Assembly (NCBI GenBank): GCA_041640595.1
Contig: JBEPZY010000003.1
Coordinates: 572,342-636,341 of the forward strand
Length of the DNA stretch: 64,000 bases
DNA from: Gemmatales bacterium
Lineage (GTDB): Bacteria > Planctomycetota > Planctomycetia > Gemmatales > HRBIN36
Reading direction: 5' to 3'
The notes below the pieces were generated by a model. The model was not told the DNA's origin. It saw only the letters and a list, made by a program, of their open reading frames with translations, and did not search any database. The position numbers and the translations under genes were made by a program. This document shows, one piece after another, positions 42,613 through 51,209 of the stretch (positions within the stretch are counted from its first letter, which is position 1; every line of letters begins with the position of its first letter).

Positions 42613-44244
42613 TCACAACTCCACAAATCTTGTTTCTATCCTTTTAGGGTCGTTCTTCTTGTAAAAGGTGCCGCCAAACCTGTCCTGTCCGAATCCATCT
42701 AGAGAAGCGTTTTCCCAGGCGTCTTGCGTCCTAAATGGGCCAGTGCCATAAGACGGATCGTAGTATTGACCTTTAAGACGCACAATATAATGGTTGTAAA
42801 AATTGCTAGGGGGATCATCGTTTCCTTGTCCAGGAACGCCTCTCAGTTCCGTTACGTCAGTAGAGCGATAAATGTATGGTTTCGTCGCAGGCGAGGTCGG
42901 TTTGCCAAAGCGCCAGTTCTTTACTAGTATCCGAGTCTCGGCAGGCAGTCCGTCAGGCGTCATTGGACGGCCAGCAGCATTGACTGGTTCGTCTATGTTG
43001 AATACATGCACTCGTTTCACGTCGGTTATACCTTGGGCGAGCATGATATCCCTCAAAAAGTACGCCCAGGAGCCGCACTGCCCGTTTGCGTGGGCTAAAA
43101 GTTGCTGTGTGTTGACCGCAGTGGCCCTGCCGCCATCCCAGTACCTCAATTGAGTGCCATCCACCCGGCGGACTTCCCGATCAGTGAAATCACTCCAAAT
43201 TGCTGAGATAACATCCGATTCGTTTGCTTTGCCGTCAGCGTTCTTCGAGCCCAGATGCACCAGGGTATGGTATAAGTTCACCCCTGGTTTGAGGGCAGGG
43301 TCGGCAAAAGTAAGGTACAAAGGATTTTGCGTGGTCCCGGCCTTCGTCCAGGTTGAGTTGGCGCGCTGGCTGTCGGAGGTGGCTTGCCAGTCCAGCCTGA
43401 AGAGATTTGCACCAACGTAAGCTTGCACCACATTCGGAAATGCCACCGGCGACTCCGTCTCGTCAAGCACGAGTTCAGTCGGGTTCGTCGGGTCCACGCG
43501 CACAGCCTTCGGCCCTACGTGAATCTGGAATCCCGTCGCAGGGTCCGCCGGCCCCGTCGCCATCACATAAATCGGGCCGCCACCCCACGCAGTATCTAAG
43601 ACGAACCGGGCACTCACTTTTAACGTTGCACCCCGGGTGTAAGCGTATGGCCAGCTATGCTCACCCGCATCCTCCGCATCCCCGTCTAAGTTTGTGTCCA
43701 ACCAGTGTTCCGAACTATAGGCCACGTCGGGAGCTATTGCTCCAGTCGGGTCCAGCTCCGGGTCCCGGTACACGGTATGCCCGCCGCTGAACGTTACCGA
43801 CCGGCTACCAAGGATTTTAGCCGTGTGAACAACGACCGTTTGTGTCGCCTCGGCAACGCCATCACTAACGGTGTACGTGAACGAGTCGTCCCCAGTGTGG
43901 TCGGCAGCTGGATAATAAGCAAAATCACCGTTGGGATTCATCACCAGATGAGCACCGGATGGGAGTCGCATCCACTGCGGGAGTGGCTGATCGTCAATCT
44001 TGACCACGCGTAAGCTATCGCCATCGGCGTCCGTATCGTTCGCCAGGACGTTTCCCCAAACGGCACTCCCCGCCAGGACGTAATACTCGTCATTTACAGC
44101 CTCCGGAGCAGTGTTATGAACAGCAATCCAAGCCATAGCCAGGCCTAAAGCTATACCATCCGTAAACCCAAATACAAAAGCATCCGTGCCAGTATAACCA
44201 GCCGCCGGTGTATATATAAATCTGCCATCATCATTCAATACCAC
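42613..44244 (-). CDS. Ig-like repeats plus C-terminal transglutaminase/papain-like domain (in-frame continuation of 44272-45186)
   Basis: NVLANDTDADGD repeat and GQCGSWA...NHYIV...YYDPSYG (Cys-His-Asp). Separated from the upstream stop by exactly 27 nt in the same frame. Confidence 0.72.
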   Translation of the reverse strand: MVLNDDGRFIYTPAAGYTGTDAFVFGFTDGIALGLAMAWIAVHNTAPEAVNDEYYVLAGSAVWGNVLANDTDADGDSLRVVKIDDQPLPQWMRLPSGAHLVMNPNGDFAYYPAADHTGDDSFTYTVSDGVAEATQTVVVHTAKILGSRSVTFSGGHTVYRDPELDPTGAIAPDVAYSSEHWLDTNLDGDAEDAGEHSWPYAYTRGATLKVSARFVLDTAWGGGPIYVMATGPADPATGFQIHVGPKAVRVDPTNPTELVLDETESPVAFPNVVQAYVGANLFRLDWQATSDSQRANSTWTKAGTTQNPLYLTFADPALKPGVNLYHTLVHLGSKNADGKANESDVISAIWSDFTDREVRRVDGTQLRYWDGGRATAVNTQQLLAHANGQCGSWAYFLRDIMLAQGITDVKRVHVFNIDEPVNAAGRPMTPDGLPAETRILVKNWRFGKPTSPATKPYIYRSTDVTELRGVPGQGNDDPPSNFYNHYIVRLKGQYYDPSYGTGPFRTQDAWENASLDGFGQDRFGGTFYKKNDPKRIETRFVEL

Positions 44245-44268
44245 CGTGCCATTCGTCGGAGCGGAGAT

Positions 44269-44343
44269 TGATTACGCCCAGAAAACGCTGGGGCTTGAAA
44301 GCATTGGCACGGTGATAGCTTCGCCGTCGGGATCGTAGCCGTA
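44269..44343. repeat. 75-bp direct repeat, copy A (contains the in-frame TAA)
   Basis: TGATTACGCCCAGAAAACGCTGGGGCTTGAAAGCATTGGCACGGT... is shared with 41488-41562. Confidence 0.92.
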
Positions 44344-45186
44344 GAGCTGGCCGACCAACTCGCGGTCGTGCAGCACGCTGAAGCTGGCGTCGTAGGCATA
44401 CGGCGCGTTGTTCGTGATCAGGATGTTAACCATCGCGGTGTAGCTGTCTAAGTCGTCGCTAATCGTCAGGCTGAACGAGTCGGTACCAGTAAAGTTTGGC
44501 GGTGGGGTATAGCTAAATGTGCCGTCCGCCCATACGGTTAGCGAGCCACCCGACGGCAGGCTCATCGGCTCCCCGTAACTAATCGCCTGACCGTTGATGT
44601 GAGTAATGCGTATCGCGTCGCCGTCCGGATCATAAGCACCACTAAGTAAGTTGCCCATTAAGTCCCGATCGTGCAGGATACTAAACTCCTGGTCGCCTAA
44701 CTGCGGCATATTGTTGAACACATTGATAGTTACCCAGGCCGTGCTCTCAGATTCCCCGTCGCTGATCGTATAGCTAAAACTTACCTGCCCCTTATATCGC
44801 AGCGTCGGCGTAAAGGTGAAACTGCCATCCTGCTCGACGGTGAGATAACCGTAAATCAAGTCGCCATCCTGCAAGGTAATCTGCGTGCCGGGTGTATAGG
44901 TCTGACCGTTGATGCGGGTGATGCTTAGTGTGTTGGCGTCGGGATCGTAATCGTTCGACAGGAGGTTGGCGAACAGTGTGGTGTCGTGCAACAGGTCGAA
45001 CCAATCGTCCGCGGCGAAGGGCGAACTATTGCCTAAACCGTTGGGAGCATTGCGATCCTCTAACATTTCGACCCTCAACCGAACCTGACTCGGCGGACTT
45101 AGATGCCGATTGCGTTTGAGCCGACTCCAGAGTTCACACCACCAGGCGCGCAATCGCCCGTGTGTGTGTGTGCTCGTTCCAGGCAC
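44272..45186 (-). CDS. N-terminal part of an exported Ig-like repeat protein with planctomycete extracellular motif
   Basis: Basic N-terminus, then LRVEMLEDRNAP, then LLSNDYDPDA/GAYDPDGD repeats. Stops in the middle of a repeat. Confidence 0.75.
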   Translation of the reverse strand: MPGTSTHTHGRLRAWWCELWSRLKRNRHLSPPSQVRLRVEMLEDRNAPNGLGNSSPFAADDWFDLLHDTTLFANLLSNDYDPDANTLSITRINGQTYTPGTQITLQDGDLIYGYLTVEQDGSFTFTPTLRYKGQVSFSYTISDGESESTAWVTINVFNNMPQLGDQEFSILHDRDLMGNLLSGAYDPDGDAIRITHINGQAISYGEPMSLPSGGSLTVWADGTFSYTPPPNFTGTDSFSLTISDDLDSYTAMVNILITNNAPYAYDASFSVLHDRELVGQLYGYDPDGEAITVPMLSSPSVFWA

Positions 45187-45329
45187 ACACAGCGGTCAAC
45201 GAAGCTCATCATGGCTAGCCTCCTCTTGGGAACAGACCGAAGGGGAAATCTGCGTCGGGTCGCCTGATGCCCGCGTGCCCGACTCCCGATAGGCACCGAC
45301 CGAAGTGGAGACGGCCACCAACCGCAGCC

Positions 45330-45413
45330 CAAGCGACTGCAATCGCAGGTAAAGCAACCGCAATCGCAGCTCAAGCGACCGCAATCGCAGGTGAAGCGAC
45401 GGCAATCCAAGCT
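45330..45413. repeat. Four 21-bp tandem repeats
   Basis: CAAGCGACTGCAATCGCAGGT / AAAGCAACCGCAATCGCAGCT / CAAGCGACCGCAATCGCAGGT / GAAGCGACGGCAATCCAAGCT. Confidence 0.9.
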
Positions 45414-45609
45414 GAAGTTACCAAAAACCACGCCGCCCTCCGGAGCAAACGACAAAAATTTTTACTGCGGCGGTAATTTTCGGCAAGTTGCGGACTGTGC
45501 ATAGGTTACGGAGGCGGCGGACGGGCCCGATCCGGCAATTGTGCGAAACGCAGAAAGGGGACCCGACAAAGGGGCCCATAGCCAAGGCAAACTCTAATCC
45601 CGGGTCAGG

Positions 45610-45726
45610 GCGAGAAAGTGCTTTTCGACCGGTGCGGAATGTAAAGGGAGAAATACAGACCAACATGTCGAGCATTCATGGTCGCGAAAAAGTGTTATTC
45701 GGCCGGTGCGGAATGTAAAAGGAGAA
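45610..45726. repeat. Two 43-bp imperfect direct repeats separated by 31 bp
   Basis: 45610-45652 and 45684-45726, 5 mismatches, shared core CCGGTGCGGAATGTAAA. Confidence 0.88.
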
Positions 45727-45740
45727 CAGAGTCAGCGGGG

Positions 45741-47177
45741 CTAATACTTAGGGAGGATGTTTTTGATGCCTTCGTCGAGGGGCATCTTATCGGGCCAGCC
45801 TTCGGTTTCTTTGAGCAAGCGTTCTAATTCCGCCTGTAATTCAGCGACCTTACCGGCGTATTTAGGATCATCAATCAGGTTATGGCGTTCCAGGGGGTCG
45901 CTTTTGAGGTGGTATAGTTCTGCCTTGTGTCGGTCGGGTTTACCGTCGCCGTGAGGATAACGGATGTATTTCCACTCTTCGGTACGCACGCCGCGAACGT
46001 TGGGAGTATAGGGGAACTCTTTTTCGTAGTTATACTCGTAAAGCCAGCTGGTGCGCCAGGGAATCGCTCGCCCTTGCAGCAAAGGTTTCCAGGAGCGTCC
46101 GTGACAGTATTCCAGGGGTTTTGCGCCGCAGATATCTAAGATGCTGGGAGCAAGGTCTATATTGAGTACCATCTGCTCGACAGTTGAGCCGGGACGTGCC
46201 AGTTTCGGATAGCGTACTAATAAAGGGACGCGGATACTCTCCTCGTACATAGTGCGTTTATCCACGCGGCCGTGCTCACCGAGAGCAAAGCCGTTGTCGC
46301 TGGTGAAAATGATCACGGTGTTGTCGAGCTGGCCGGTGGTTTTCAAGGTCTCGTAAATACGGCCGACACTGTCATCCACGGAAACCAGCGTGGCGAGATA
46401 ATAACGCACGAATTTCGGATACTCTTTCAAGCCGTACAAGGGGCCCCCGATACCATGCCAGGTAGGGCGACACAATTTGAGCCATTCCGGTTTGCCGGTG
46501 TAATCATCGGCGGTAACCGGTCGTGAAACCGGTTGGGCGTCGAAAATCCGCTCATATTTAGGTTCCGGAACGATCGGCCCGCCATGGGGAGCTTTGTGTC
46601 CGAGGATGAGCAGGAAGGGTTTGTTTCTTCGTTGCCGCAGCCAGTTGACCGCGTAATCGGTAATCACGTGGGTATAGTAGCCTTTGATGAGCTGACGCTG
46701 GCCATTGATGTTGAACTCGTTGTCGAAGTAATTTCCCTGTCCGCGATGGCTCATCCAGAAATCGAAACCCGGGCGAGGCTGATCCTCCTGTTCGCCCATG
46801 TGCCATTTGCCGATATAGGCAGTTTCGTAGCCGAGCTCGTGCAAACGACGGGGATAGCTGGGAAGGTGGTTGGGGTAATCGGTGAAGTTATTGAGAACCC
46901 CGTGGCGATGGGCATACAGTCCGCTCAGCATCGAGGCCCGACTCGGCGAGCATAAAGCTGTGGTGACAAAGGCATTGGTAAACCGCACTCCCTCGTGAGC
47001 CAGGCGGTCTATGTTGGGCGTCTTGAGAAACGGATGGCCGGCACAACTCATGGCATCCCAGCGCTGATCGTCGGTAATGATGACCAGCACGTTGGGGCGA
47101 TCGGGTTCGGCTGCGAAAAGGCCGGTGGTTACCAGCAGCCCGCTCAAGAGCATTATCCAGGACACAAGCCGACGCAT
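45741..47177 (-). CDS. Sulfatase (formylglycine-dependent)
   Basis: Signal peptide, PNVLVIITDDQ, CSPSRASMLSG, GKWH and FTSDNG. Confidence 0.95.
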   Translation of the reverse strand: MRRLVSWIMLLSGLLVTTGLFAAEPDRPNVLVIITDDQRWDAMSCAGHPFLKTPNIDRLAHEGVRFTNAFVTTALCSPSRASMLSGLYAHRHGVLNNFTDYPNHLPSYPRRLHELGYETAYIGKWHMGEQEDQPRPGFDFWMSHRGQGNYFDNEFNINGQRQLIKGYYTHVITDYAVNWLRQRRNKPFLLILGHKAPHGGPIVPEPKYERIFDAQPVSRPVTADDYTGKPEWLKLCRPTWHGIGGPLYGLKEYPKFVRYYLATLVSVDDSVGRIYETLKTTGQLDNTVIIFTSDNGFALGEHGRVDKRTMYEESIRVPLLVRYPKLARPGSTVEQMVLNIDLAPSILDICGAKPLEYCHGRSWKPLLQGRAIPWRTSWLYEYNYEKEFPYTPNVRGVRTEEWKYIRYPHGDGKPDRHKAELYHLKSDPLERHNLIDDPKYAGKVAELQAELERLLKETEGWPDKMPLDEGIKNILPKY

Positions 47178-47376
47178 AGTTCTCTCCTCCTGGCCAGTTG
47201 GTTTTCGGACATGGCTATTGTGTATGCGACAGGGCCAGTGGCCAGGCTCGGCACAGAGCCGCCGCATTTTGTTCCAAGCATGCCGCCTAACCCGAAAGGT
47301 ACTTGTCTTGTGCGTGAGCGGCAATAACCTAAACGGTAGCGGCCAGTTCCGGCGGAGTACCACAAGGGAGTCAGCC

Positions 47377-47784
47377 ATGGCGCGGCGGTCGGGCAAGGCA
47401 AAGAAGCAGGGCAAGACAACCAGGGTATCCCGGCGGCGGAGCAAACGCCCTCCCTCAGACCACACAACGCAACCCCAACAGGAGCACGAAATGGAAGCTG
47501 AACCTCAATCCCCTTTGCAGGAAGCTCGTCAAGAAGAGACCGGTGAAGAAGCTGCCGCCACGAAGGTCAAGAAACCTCGCAAGGTGGCCAAGCCGAAAGC
47601 TGCTGTCCGGATGCGTGTGGTTTGGGGCGTGTTCAGCAGTTCCGTGCAGTGCGTGCAGACTTTTCCGTATCCGCAGAAACGAGAAGCGGAGACGCTGGCC
47701 GCCAAACTGACCGCCGAGAAAAAATCGCCTTATTTCGTGCAACCGATCAAAGAACCGATCCCTGAAGAATCTGCCGCCGACTAA
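47377..47784 (+). CDS. Hypothetical basic protein
   Basis: AGGGAG RBS, Lys/Arg-rich N-terminus and a compact C-terminal domain (RMRVVWGVF...YFVQPIKE). Confidence 0.65.
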   Translation: MARRSGKAKKQGKTTRVSRRRSKRPPSDHTTQPQQEHEMEAEPQSPLQEARQEETGEEAAATKVKKPRKVAKPKAAVRMRVVWGVFSSSVQCVQTFPYPQKREAETLAAKLTAEKKSPYFVQPIKEPIPEESAAD

Positions 47785-47852
47785 AGCATTGGTCTGCGGC
47801 AGATACCGAGCGCCAGTAAATTTGCCGAGAAAGACGGTGCGGAGGAAGGGCG

Positions 47853-48689
47853 TTATTCCGGCCGCTCGGAGATGAGGGTGAGTATCCGCCGCAATTTGGG
47901 ACCGATGAATAGCACGTTGCGCACGGTAAGTTCGTCCTGCGAGATTTCCGGAGAGCGCAGGCCGGGCACCATGACCAGATCGCCGCTGCCCAGACCGAGA
48001 ATGACATGGCGGAACAGGTCATCCCGCAGCTTATCGAAGTGCATACCGGTGGTGTCATAGGATTTGACTGCACCGGTCAACCACCAGATGTGCCGCACCT
48101 GTCCCGGGGCGATTTCCCAGTAACTGAGCCGGTCATAAATGAAAAACGCAACAGCCCACAAAATAAGCAGCACCGTTGAGAAAAACATGTAAAAGCCCAT
48201 GTTCATGTGGATGGAAAGCAAGCCGAACCAGTCCGATATCTTGTCCCACCATCCCATCAGCGAGAAAAACAATCCCAGCGCGATGACCAGCAACATCACC
48301 ACCATCGAGTAAAGACCGCGCAACGGTACATTGGTGATGAAAATGACCAGAAGCAGCAGAATGGTGTACAGCACGCCGGGATTTTTATCTTCCGTGACGC
48401 GCTCGCGCAACAAGAATTCGCGTCCCTTCTTTTGCTGGTCATCGGCTTTGGGGTCGCCCACTTGAGCGATAATTCGGCTGCGGGAGTTTTCGCCGACCAG
48501 TCGCACTTCCATTTTGCCGTGCTCTTTCAGCTCGCGGGCGCGAACCGGCAGTAGATACGTATCGCTGAACCAGGTGTAAATGCCGAACGCATAGCCGAAG
48601 ACCCAGAGCGGCCAGAAGTAGAAGATCATGGAGTGGCCATAAATGCGTATGGTTTTCACTTCGCCCGGAACTGCAGGTTTCTGGCTCAT
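47853..48689 (-). CDS. Hypothetical membrane protein
   Basis: Long ORF with about 4 TM segments and normal codon usage. Confidence 0.75.
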   Translation of the reverse strand: MSQKPAVPGEVKTIRIYGHSMIFYFWPLWVFGYAFGIYTWFSDTYLLPVRARELKEHGKMEVRLVGENSRSRIIAQVGDPKADDQQKKGREFLLRERVTEDKNPGVLYTILLLLVIFITNVPLRGLYSMVVMLLVIALGLFFSLMGWWDKISDWFGLLSIHMNMGFYMFFSTVLLILWAVAFFIYDRLSYWEIAPGQVRHIWWLTGAVKSYDTTGMHFDKLRDDLFRHVILGLGSGDLVMVPGLRSPEISQDELTVRNVLFIGPKLRRILTLISERPE

Positions 48690-48959
48690 GGTTGGCTCCG
48701 CAATTCGCCCCTTGCCGAGCCGGGCCGGGTTCGATCGCGGCAGGTCACCCGCCCGCGGCATCTGGGGCTGATATGCTCTTATGTTGCCGCAAAGCTGCGA
48801 TTTGTCAAGGAAAAACCGCCATCAGGGATGCTCACTGGATCAATCGCCGATCGCCGGTGAAAATTGTCGGGGATGGGCCTGACCACGAAAATCCGCCAGA
48901 GGCAATCCCGATGGTGCTAAAATAAAAAGCGTGGCTTACCAACAACAGGAGCGAAGCGC

Positions 48960-50153
48960 ATGGGACTTTCTTTATCGGCGATGGCGCGGCAGATTCAACC
49001 GTCGGCAACGCTGGCGGCTGGAGCAAAGGCCAGGCAACTGCGAGCCAGCGGTGTGACGGTGTACGATTTCAGCCTCGGCGAACCGGATTTTGCCACTCCG
49101 GAACACATTTGCCGGGCCGCTTTCGAAGCGATGCAAAAAGGCTATACGCATTACACACCGGCCAACGGGATTCCGGAATTGCGTTCGGCCATCGCCGCGT
49201 GGTACGACCGCCACTACGGTATCCGCTACAGTCCTGAAGAGGTGATCGTTTCCAGCGGTGCCAAACACGCTATTTACAACGTGGTAGCGGCTCTGTGCGG
49301 GCCGGGCGACGAAGTGATCATGCCGGCTCCCTGCTGGGTGAGTTATTGCGACATTGTTCGCATGACCGGGGCCCAACCGGTACTGGTGCCGACCGACCCG
49401 CAGGATCATTTCAAACTTACCCCGTCGCAATTGCGTTCCGCCCTTACGCCGCGATCGCGGTTGCTGTTGCTTAATTCGCCGAACAATCCGACCGGGGTGG
49501 TGTACACCCGTGCCGAGTTGCAAGCCCTGGCCGATGTCGTGCTCGATTCACCGCTGGCAGTGCTCAGCGATGAGATTTACGAATATCTGGTGTACGACGG
49601 TGCCCAGGCCACATGCTTTGCGACCCTGCGGCCGCAATTGCGCGAGCGAACCTTCACGGTCAGCGGCGTGAGCAAAACCTATGCGATGACCGGCTGGCGT
49701 ATCGGCTGGGCCTGCGGTCCTGCCGAAATAATCCGCGCCATGGGCAATATCCAGAGCCAGCAGACCGGCAATCCCTGCTCGATCAGCCAGTATGCAGCGC
49801 TGGCGGCATTGACAGGCGATCAGAGTTGTGTGGAGCAGATGCGCCAGGAAATGGCACGCCGAAAACAATTTGTCTGCCAGCGACTGCAGGAGATTCCGGG
49901 AGTGCGGTTGATTCCGCCGCAGGGAGCGTTTTATGCGTTTTTTGATGTCTCGGCCCATTTTGGCAGGCGCTGGAACGGTCAGGTCGTGAACAACTCTGCG
50001 GAATTCTGTCTGGCGGCTCTGGAGCTGGCCCATGTGAATCTGGTGCCGGGCTCGGCTTTTGGCAGAGAAGGATATGTTCGCCTGTCTTTCGCCTGCCCGC
50101 TTGCCGATCTGGAGGCGGGTCTGGATGCGCTGGCAAAATTCCTGAAGCGCTGA
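48960..50153 (+). CDS. Class I/II PLP aminotransferase (aspartate aminotransferase-like)
   Basis: GEPDF, NSPNNPTG, SDEIY and SKTYAMTGWRIG. Confidence 0.93.
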   Translation: MGLSLSAMARQIQPSATLAAGAKARQLRASGVTVYDFSLGEPDFATPEHICRAAFEAMQKGYTHYTPANGIPELRSAIAAWYDRHYGIRYSPEEVIVSSGAKHAIYNVVAALCGPGDEVIMPAPCWVSYCDIVRMTGAQPVLVPTDPQDHFKLTPSQLRSALTPRSRLLLLNSPNNPTGVVYTRAELQALADVVLDSPLAVLSDEIYEYLVYDGAQATCFATLRPQLRERTFTVSGVSKTYAMTGWRIGWACGPAEIIRAMGNIQSQQTGNPCSISQYAALAALTGDQSCVEQMRQEMARRKQFVCQRLQEIPGVRLIPPQGAFYAFFDVSAHFGRRWNGQVVNNSAEFCLAALELAHVNLVPGSAFGREGYVRLSFACPLADLEAGLDALAKFLKR

Positions 50154-50225
50154 TGATCGGGTTGCCGGGCAGGCGCGAACGAGAGTAAAACCGGGTCGCT
50201 CTCCACCGCACACGAGGGCACGAGC

Positions 50226-51209
50226 ATGCTTTACCTCACGGAAGCGGAAGTGCAACAAATCCTGAGCATGGAGCTGGCTCTCGAGGCGGTGCGCGACGCC
50301 TTCCGCGCCTGGGGACTGGAAGAAGCGGAATGTACGCCGCGGCAACGGTGTCAGACCGATCATGCCATGCTGCACACCATGTCGGCGGCGATTAAGCGGA
50401 TAGGAGCGGGAGGTGGAAGTCCGTTGCGGTCGGGCGGCTATCTCGGTTTCAAAGCCTACCTGACCAGTCGCCAGGGTGCCCATTTCCATGTGGTGCTGTA
50501 TCAGGAAGGCACGCTGCGACCGCTGGCCTGGCTGGAGGCGGATTATTTAGGTCAGGTGCGCACCGGAGCGGTCAGCGGATTGGCCACGGAACTGTTAGCC
50601 CGGCCCGATGCCAGCGAAGTTGGAGTGTTCGGTAGTGGCCGGCAGGCACGCACACAACTCTGGGCCGTCTGTTGCGTTCGTCCGATACGCTGCGTCCATG
50701 TTTACAGCCCCCAGCCGGAACATCGCCTTCATTTCGCCGAAGAAATGAGCCGTCGGCTCAACGTCGAGGTGCATCCCGTTTCCCGTCCGGATCTCGCCGC
50801 CGCAGACAAGGATATCGTCATCACCGCTACCAGTAGCCGCGACCCGGTGCTGCGCGGGGACTGGCTGGCCGAAGGAACGCATCTGAACGTCATCGGCTCG
50901 AATTTCCTCAGCAAAGCCGAGATCGATCCCGTTACCATCCGCCGTGCCGATGTGATTGTCGTGGACAGCAAGGAGCAATGTCGGCGAGAAGCCGGAGATT
51001 TTGTCGCTGCTCTCGAAGAAGGTTCGCTTCACTGGTCGGATGTGTATGAACTCGCCCAGGTGCTCATCGGTCGCTATCCCGGACGCCGCAAGCCGGAACA
51101 GATCACGCTTTTCAAGTCGGTCGGTGTAGCTCTGGGCGATGTCGCGATTGCCGCCCGAATCTATGAACTGGCTCGGCAACAGCAGATTGGACGTGAGGTG
51201 CCACCGTGA
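50226..51209 (+). CDS. Ornithine cyclodeaminase/mu-crystallin family protein
   Basis: RTGAVSG, GVFGSGRQA and ITLFKSVG. Confidence 0.9.
   Translation: MLYLTEAEVQQILSMELALEAVRDAFRAWGLEEAECTPRQRCQTDHAMLHTMSAAIKRIGAGGGSPLRSGGYLGFKAYLTSRQGAHFHVVLYQEGTLRPLAWLEADYLGQVRTGAVSGLATELLARPDASEVGVFGSGRQARTQLWAVCCVRPIRCVHVYSPQPEHRLHFAEEMSRRLNVEVHPVSRPDLAAADKDIVITATSSRDPVLRGDWLAEGTHLNVIGSNFLSKAEIDPVTIRRADVIVVDSKEQCRREAGDFVAALEEGSLHWSDVYELAQVLIGRYPGRRKPEQITLFKSVGVALGDVAIAARIYELARQQQIGREVPP

Noticed and set aside
44272..44274. Simple sequencing error or selenocysteine/pyrrolysine recoding as the explanation for the internal stop
   Set aside because: The codon is TAA rather than TGA or TAG, and the same stop with its ~33-nt insert recurs in the diverged copy at 41491-41493.
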